This document shows, one piece after another, positions 14,101 through 16,000 of a stretch of DNA of 16,000 nt (position 1 is the first letter of the stretch; every line of letters starts with the position of its first letter). Source of the DNA: Planctomycetota bacterium (GTDB taxonomy: Bacteria; Planctomycetota; Phycisphaerae; Phycisphaerales; Phycisphaeraceae). The notes beneath the pieces are model-generated. The model was not told the origin of the DNA. It saw nothing but the letters and a program-made list of their open reading frames with translations, and did not search any database. The DNA is taken from the NCBI GenBank assembly GCA_039024275.1, contig JBCDKD010000007.1, forward strand, positions 30,762 through 46,761, read 5' to 3'. The translations under genes were made by a program, and so were the position numbers.

Positions 14101-15251
14101 CGAGGCGGGCGGTGCAAGCGATGCGCTTCGGTGACGGCCCGTTCGAAGACGCCGCCGCCCAAGCGCTCAGCAAGATCGGCGGGCTGAACCTCTCCGTATC
14201 GGATTTTGACTTAAGCGTTTTGCCCGATGCGTTCCGGATGAATGTCCGGGTGCTTGGCAAGCAGGGCCAGACGCTGGCGGAAGGGCGCGACATCAACAAG
14301 GTCCGTCGCAAGCTCGGCGCCGGGGCGCTGCCGAGCTACGCGGGGATGGACGATCCGCGCTGGGGCGCATCACCAACAACCCGCTGGTCCTTCGGCGAGT
14401 TGCCCAAGCACGTCGATACGACACGCAGCGGGGTTGAGCTCCGCGCGTACCCCGCGCTGATCGATGAGGCCGCGGGCGTCGCGCTGCGCCTGGTCGACAC
14501 GCGCGCCAAAGCCCGCCGGCTCACACGCGCGGGCCTGCGTCGGTTGTACTCGTTCGAGGTGCAGCGCGACTTCGCCTGGCGGGCCGACCGCTGGCAGGAC
14601 ATCGACAAGGCCCGGTTGTGGTTTGCACCGATCGGCGACCCGACGAATCTTAAGGATCAACTCGTGCTGCTGATGACCGATCGCGCGTTCCTGTTTGATA
14701 AAGAGGAAATCACGGGCGAGCAGGCGTTCATCACACGGCAGCGCATCGGGCTGCAGCGGCTCGACCTCGCCGAGCGGGAAGTGCAGCGCGTCGTCGGACC
14801 GGTACTGCAGTCGGCCCAGCGTGCAAGGCTTGCAGTGGAGCGTGCCGATTTCCGACAGGCACCGCACCTCAAAGCCGATGTGCGCATCCAGTTAGACAAT
14901 CTGTTGTCGCCGTCGTTTTTCGTTGAAACGCCGTGGACCCGCCTGGCGTCCTACCCCCGCTATTTGGCGGCGGTCGAGCGTCGACTCGACAAGCTGCATC
15001 GTGGCGATGCGTCGCAGGATGTGGCTGCTTTTAAAGTGATCGCGGAGCATTGGAACCGGTATGCAACAACAGCCAGCGCACTACGCGAGCAAGGCGGGGT
15101 CGACCCCGAGTTGGAGCAGTACCGGTGGCTGATCGAAGAGTTCCGCGTGTCGCTGTTTGCCCAGGAGCTGGGCACGAGCGAGAAGGTCTCGCCCCAGCGG
15201 CTCGATCGGCAGTGGGAGAAGGTCACGGGCAAGCCGCTCGGCGGCGGATGA
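11127..15251 (+). CDS. hrpA: ATP-dependent RNA helicase HrpA (DEAH/RHA family) carrying two in-frame palindromic-element insertions
   Basis: 1374-aa ORF. Helicase motifs: GETGSGKSTQLPK (Walker A), IIDEAHERS (DEAH), TSATID, ATNVAESSLTVPG and QRKGRCGRV (motif VI). An HA2/OB region follows (ILRSNLASVILQ; ELVETTRRY). The long HrpA-specific C-terminal region includes KSLPKPLRK and ends with RWLIEEFRVSLFAQELGT. It is co-linear with E. coli HrpA (1300 aa) from the N-terminal coiled region to the end. Confidence 0.95.
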   Translation: MPRDLAQSAELISQAMVGDRHRLRRRLRAIEQAAENGKPFGRSLGKLQNALDESIALRKQRRANAPAASLPDELPITARADEIMDAVRGHQVVVVAGETGSGKSTQLPKLMLRMGRGVDGLIGHTQPRRLAARSVAQRVADELGSPLGQHVGYKVRFTDKTNPKTYIKLMTDGVLLAEAARDRFFDNYDTLIIDEAHERSLNIDFLLGHLSQILPKRPDLRVIITSATIDTQRFAEHFGTATRDGLEPAPVIEVSGRTYPVEVRYQPIEPDEHGEAGDTAEAVAHAIGGLGRQGDVLVFMPTERDIRACCGLLERRQPGSEVLPLYARLTNAQQQAIFAKSSKRKIVVATNVAESSLTVPGIRYVVDTGTARVARYSPNSKVQRLPVEAVSRASCDQRKGRCGRVGPGLCVRLYSEEDFLSRDEFTTPEILRSNLASVILQIETLRFGAIQDFPFIDPPRPSMMRDGYKTLHEIGALTADDSVSALGRRLSRMPVDPRVARMVLAGKDEGVLQEVLVIASALEVQDPRERPIDQQGKADAAHEPFADPRSDFLAYLNLWSFYHRQKDKLSHNKLRKACKQNYLSYVRMREWVDVHQQLKRMVQELKVGQTFLSASGRRPEHKKGSAAPNGRQECLPHAAEITDSKADAIHRALLTGLLSNIANKGDGFEYTGAGGQKLHLWPGSSLFASKPKWVVAAELVETTRRYARTAGRIQPGVIEPIAGHLVKKTHSDPRWVRETGSAMCSEKVSLYGLVLVHARPVPLARVNPTEARQMFIQRALVEGDWDCDLPFYKHNQALLEQAKATEAKARRHGLVASDQVRYAFYDERLPETVTDSAAFKKWYKKAHPSPPGGGAGGEGRGSVETADRRKSDPSDSPLTPALSRGERGQDPSEPLYMDLPMLLAESAEDVTEQAYPDRLRVEQSDHALAYTFDPGDERDGLTLTLPREALGQLDARRLGWLVPGMLEQKLVAMIKSLPKPLRKTLSPAPDAARRAVQAMRFGDGPFEDAAAQALSKIGGLNLSVSDFDLSVLPDAFRMNVRVLGKQGQTLAEGRDINKVRRKLGAGALPSYAGMDDPRWGASPTTRWSFGELPKHVDTTRSGVELRAYPALIDEAAGVALRLVDTRAKARRLTRAGLRRLYSFEVQRDFAWRADRWQDIDKARLWFAPIGDPTNLKDQLVLLMTDRAFLFDKEEITGEQAFITRQRIGLQRLDLAEREVQRVVGPVLQSAQRARLAVERADFRQAPHLKADVRIQLDNLLSPSFFVETPWTRLASYPRYLAAVERRLDKLHRGDASQDVAAFKVIAEHWNRYATTASALREQGGVDPELEQYRWLIEEFRVSLFAQELGTSEKVSPQRLDRQWEKVTGKPLGGG
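12945..13037. repeat. 93-nt palindromic element (perfect 24-bp terminal inverted repeats with nested inner palindromes) inside hrpA, in frame
   Basis: 12945..12968 is GTGGGGCAGACATTCCTGTCTGCC. 13014..13037 is GGCAGACAGGAATGTCTGCCCCAC, its exact reverse complement. The 45-nt centre contains AGGCCGTAGGCCT and GTTCGGCTGCGCCGAAC sub-palindromes. The element starts exactly at hrpA codon 607 and spans 31 codons (VGQTFLSASGRRPEHKKGSAAPNGRQECLPH). Confidence 0.9.
13667..13789. repeat. Nested G/C-rich palindromic element of about 123 nt inside hrpA, in frame
   Basis: The left half 13667..13706 (CCCCTCTCCCCCCGGGGGAGGGGCCGGGGGTGAGGGGCGA) is an imperfect inverted copy of the right half 13752..13789 (TCGCCCCTCACCCCAGCCCTCTCCCGTGGGGAGAGGGG). 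Local hairpins are CCCTCTCCC-GTG-GGGAGAGGG (13768..13788, perfect) and CCCCTCTCCCC-CCG-GGGGAGGGG. Arms 13688..13706 and 13752..13769 pair with each other. The centre contains ATCGGA-TCCT-TCCGAT. Translation is low-complexity: HPSPPGGGAGGEGRGSVETADRRKSDPSDSPLTPALSRGERG. Boundaries are good to about +/-5 nt. Confidence 0.8.
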
Positions 15252-16000
15252 CGAACCTAGAATATGCACCCATGACGATGCGTCTGACCATCCTGCTGCT
15301 CGCCCCTTTGCTGATGCTGGGCTGCGGTGAAGAGCCGGCCATTGAGCGCTACGAGGTGACGCTGCCGGTCGCCTTTGACTGGCCCGAAACCGAGCTGCGC
15401 GAGCAGACCGCCGAGGTAGACGATTTTTCGTGGACCTGGGAGGTCCCCGCGGGCTGGGTCGACGCCCCGGAGGTCCCGGACCAACTCATCGCGGACTACC
15501 GCTTCCCGGGCGCAACCGACCACACGCTGCCCGGCCGGATGACCGTGTCCAAGATCGATGGCGACGCCGGGGGGATCGAGGCCAACGTGCTGCGCTGGCT
15601 CCAGCAGCTCTACGTCACAACGGCGCGGAGCCTGGGCCCGAAAGACAAGATCTCGCAGCCCATGTCCATGGGCGTGGGCGACGCGACCTTCGTCGAGCTG
15701 TATGGCCAGTACCAGGGCGAACACAACCCCACACGCATCTCCGCCGCGATCGTGCAGATCCCCGCGGAAGGCGGCGGCGTGTTCCAGACCTGGTTCTTCA
15801 AGCTCGCCGGCGACGACGCCACGATCGAACAGCACCGCATGGGGATGGCGCAGATGATCCTGACCTTCCGCCCGGCGGGGACGCCGAGGCCTGTGCTGCC
15901 CGGCCTCGACGAGGTCGAAGCGCCCGGGCAAGACCAAGCAGCGCAAGACGGCATCGAACCGGAATCTGACGAAACGGCCGAGCCCACCGACGAACCATGA
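15248..16000 (+). CDS. Lipoprotein of unknown function with an acidic Pro/Glu/Asp-rich C-terminal tail
   Basis: ORF 15050..16000 trimmed. ATG 15248 overlaps the hrpA TGA (ATGA, 15248..15251). Alternative starts at 15272 or 15278 give the cleaner signal peptide MTMRLTILLLAPLLMLGC|GEE with a lipobox. The upstream 66 codons lie inside hrpA in another frame. The stop is at 15998..16000. I recognise no family. Confidence 0.6.
   Translation: MTNLEYAPMTMRLTILLLAPLLMLGCGEEPAIERYEVTLPVAFDWPETELREQTAEVDDFSWTWEVPAGWVDAPEVPDQLIADYRFPGATDHTLPGRMTVSKIDGDAGGIEANVLRWLQQLYVTTARSLGPKDKISQPMSMGVGDATFVELYGQYQGEHNPTRISAAIVQIPAEGGGVFQTWFFKLAGDDATIEQHRMGMAQMILTFRPAGTPRPVLPGLDEVEAPGQDQAAQDGIEPESDETAEPTDEP

Overview
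High-GC bacterial chromosomal window with no rRNA, tRNA or CRISPR recognised. Gene content (DUF1080, Gfo/Idh/MocA, xylose-isomerase-like TIM barrel, many lipoproteins) is reminiscent of Planctomycetota/PVC-type genomes, but that is only a guess. I support 14 protein-coding genes. In order: an edge-truncated HDOD signalling protein (-), a GAF-type free Met-R-sulfoxide reductase (-), and a secreted DUF1080/3-keto-disaccharide-hydrolase-family protein (+). Next come a Gfo/Idh/MocA oxidoreductase (+), a RAYT-like HUH/Y1 transposase (+), a sugar-phosphate isomerase/epimerase TIM barrel (+) and a DHDPS-family class I aldolase-like protein (-). These are followed by a GT4/glycogen-synthase-like glycosyltransferase (+), a small lipoprotein (+), a sodium:solute symporter (+) and a secreted cytochrome-b562-like protein (+). 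The window ends with YqgE/AlgH (-), the 1374-aa DEAH helicase HrpA (+) and a lipoprotein (+). Many long ORFs in the track are antisense or out-of-frame shadows typical of GC-rich DNA. Several real genes needed their starts trimmed to internal ATGs that carry signal peptides or SD sequences. The most unusual content is structured palindromic DNA of three unrelated families. (1) Two inverted doublets of a 33-nt REP-like hairpin bracket the RAYT-like gene. Together they fill the whole gap between the Gfo/Idh/MocA and TIM-barrel genes. (2) A perfect 24-bp inverted repeat element of 93 nt sits in frame inside hrpA. (3) A nested palindromic G/C-rich element of about 123 nt also sits in frame inside hrpA. 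Both hrpA elements fall in positions that, from my memory of E. coli HrpA, are short linkers. The extra lengths (31 and about 41 codons) equal the element lengths. Secondary observations are a possible oxidative (3-keto) glycoside catabolic module, a lipoprotein that looks like a Rieske fold with all four cluster ligands replaced, a glycosyltransferase with a long low-complexity insert containing C7/C8 homopolymers, and several intergenic hairpins and phased repeats.
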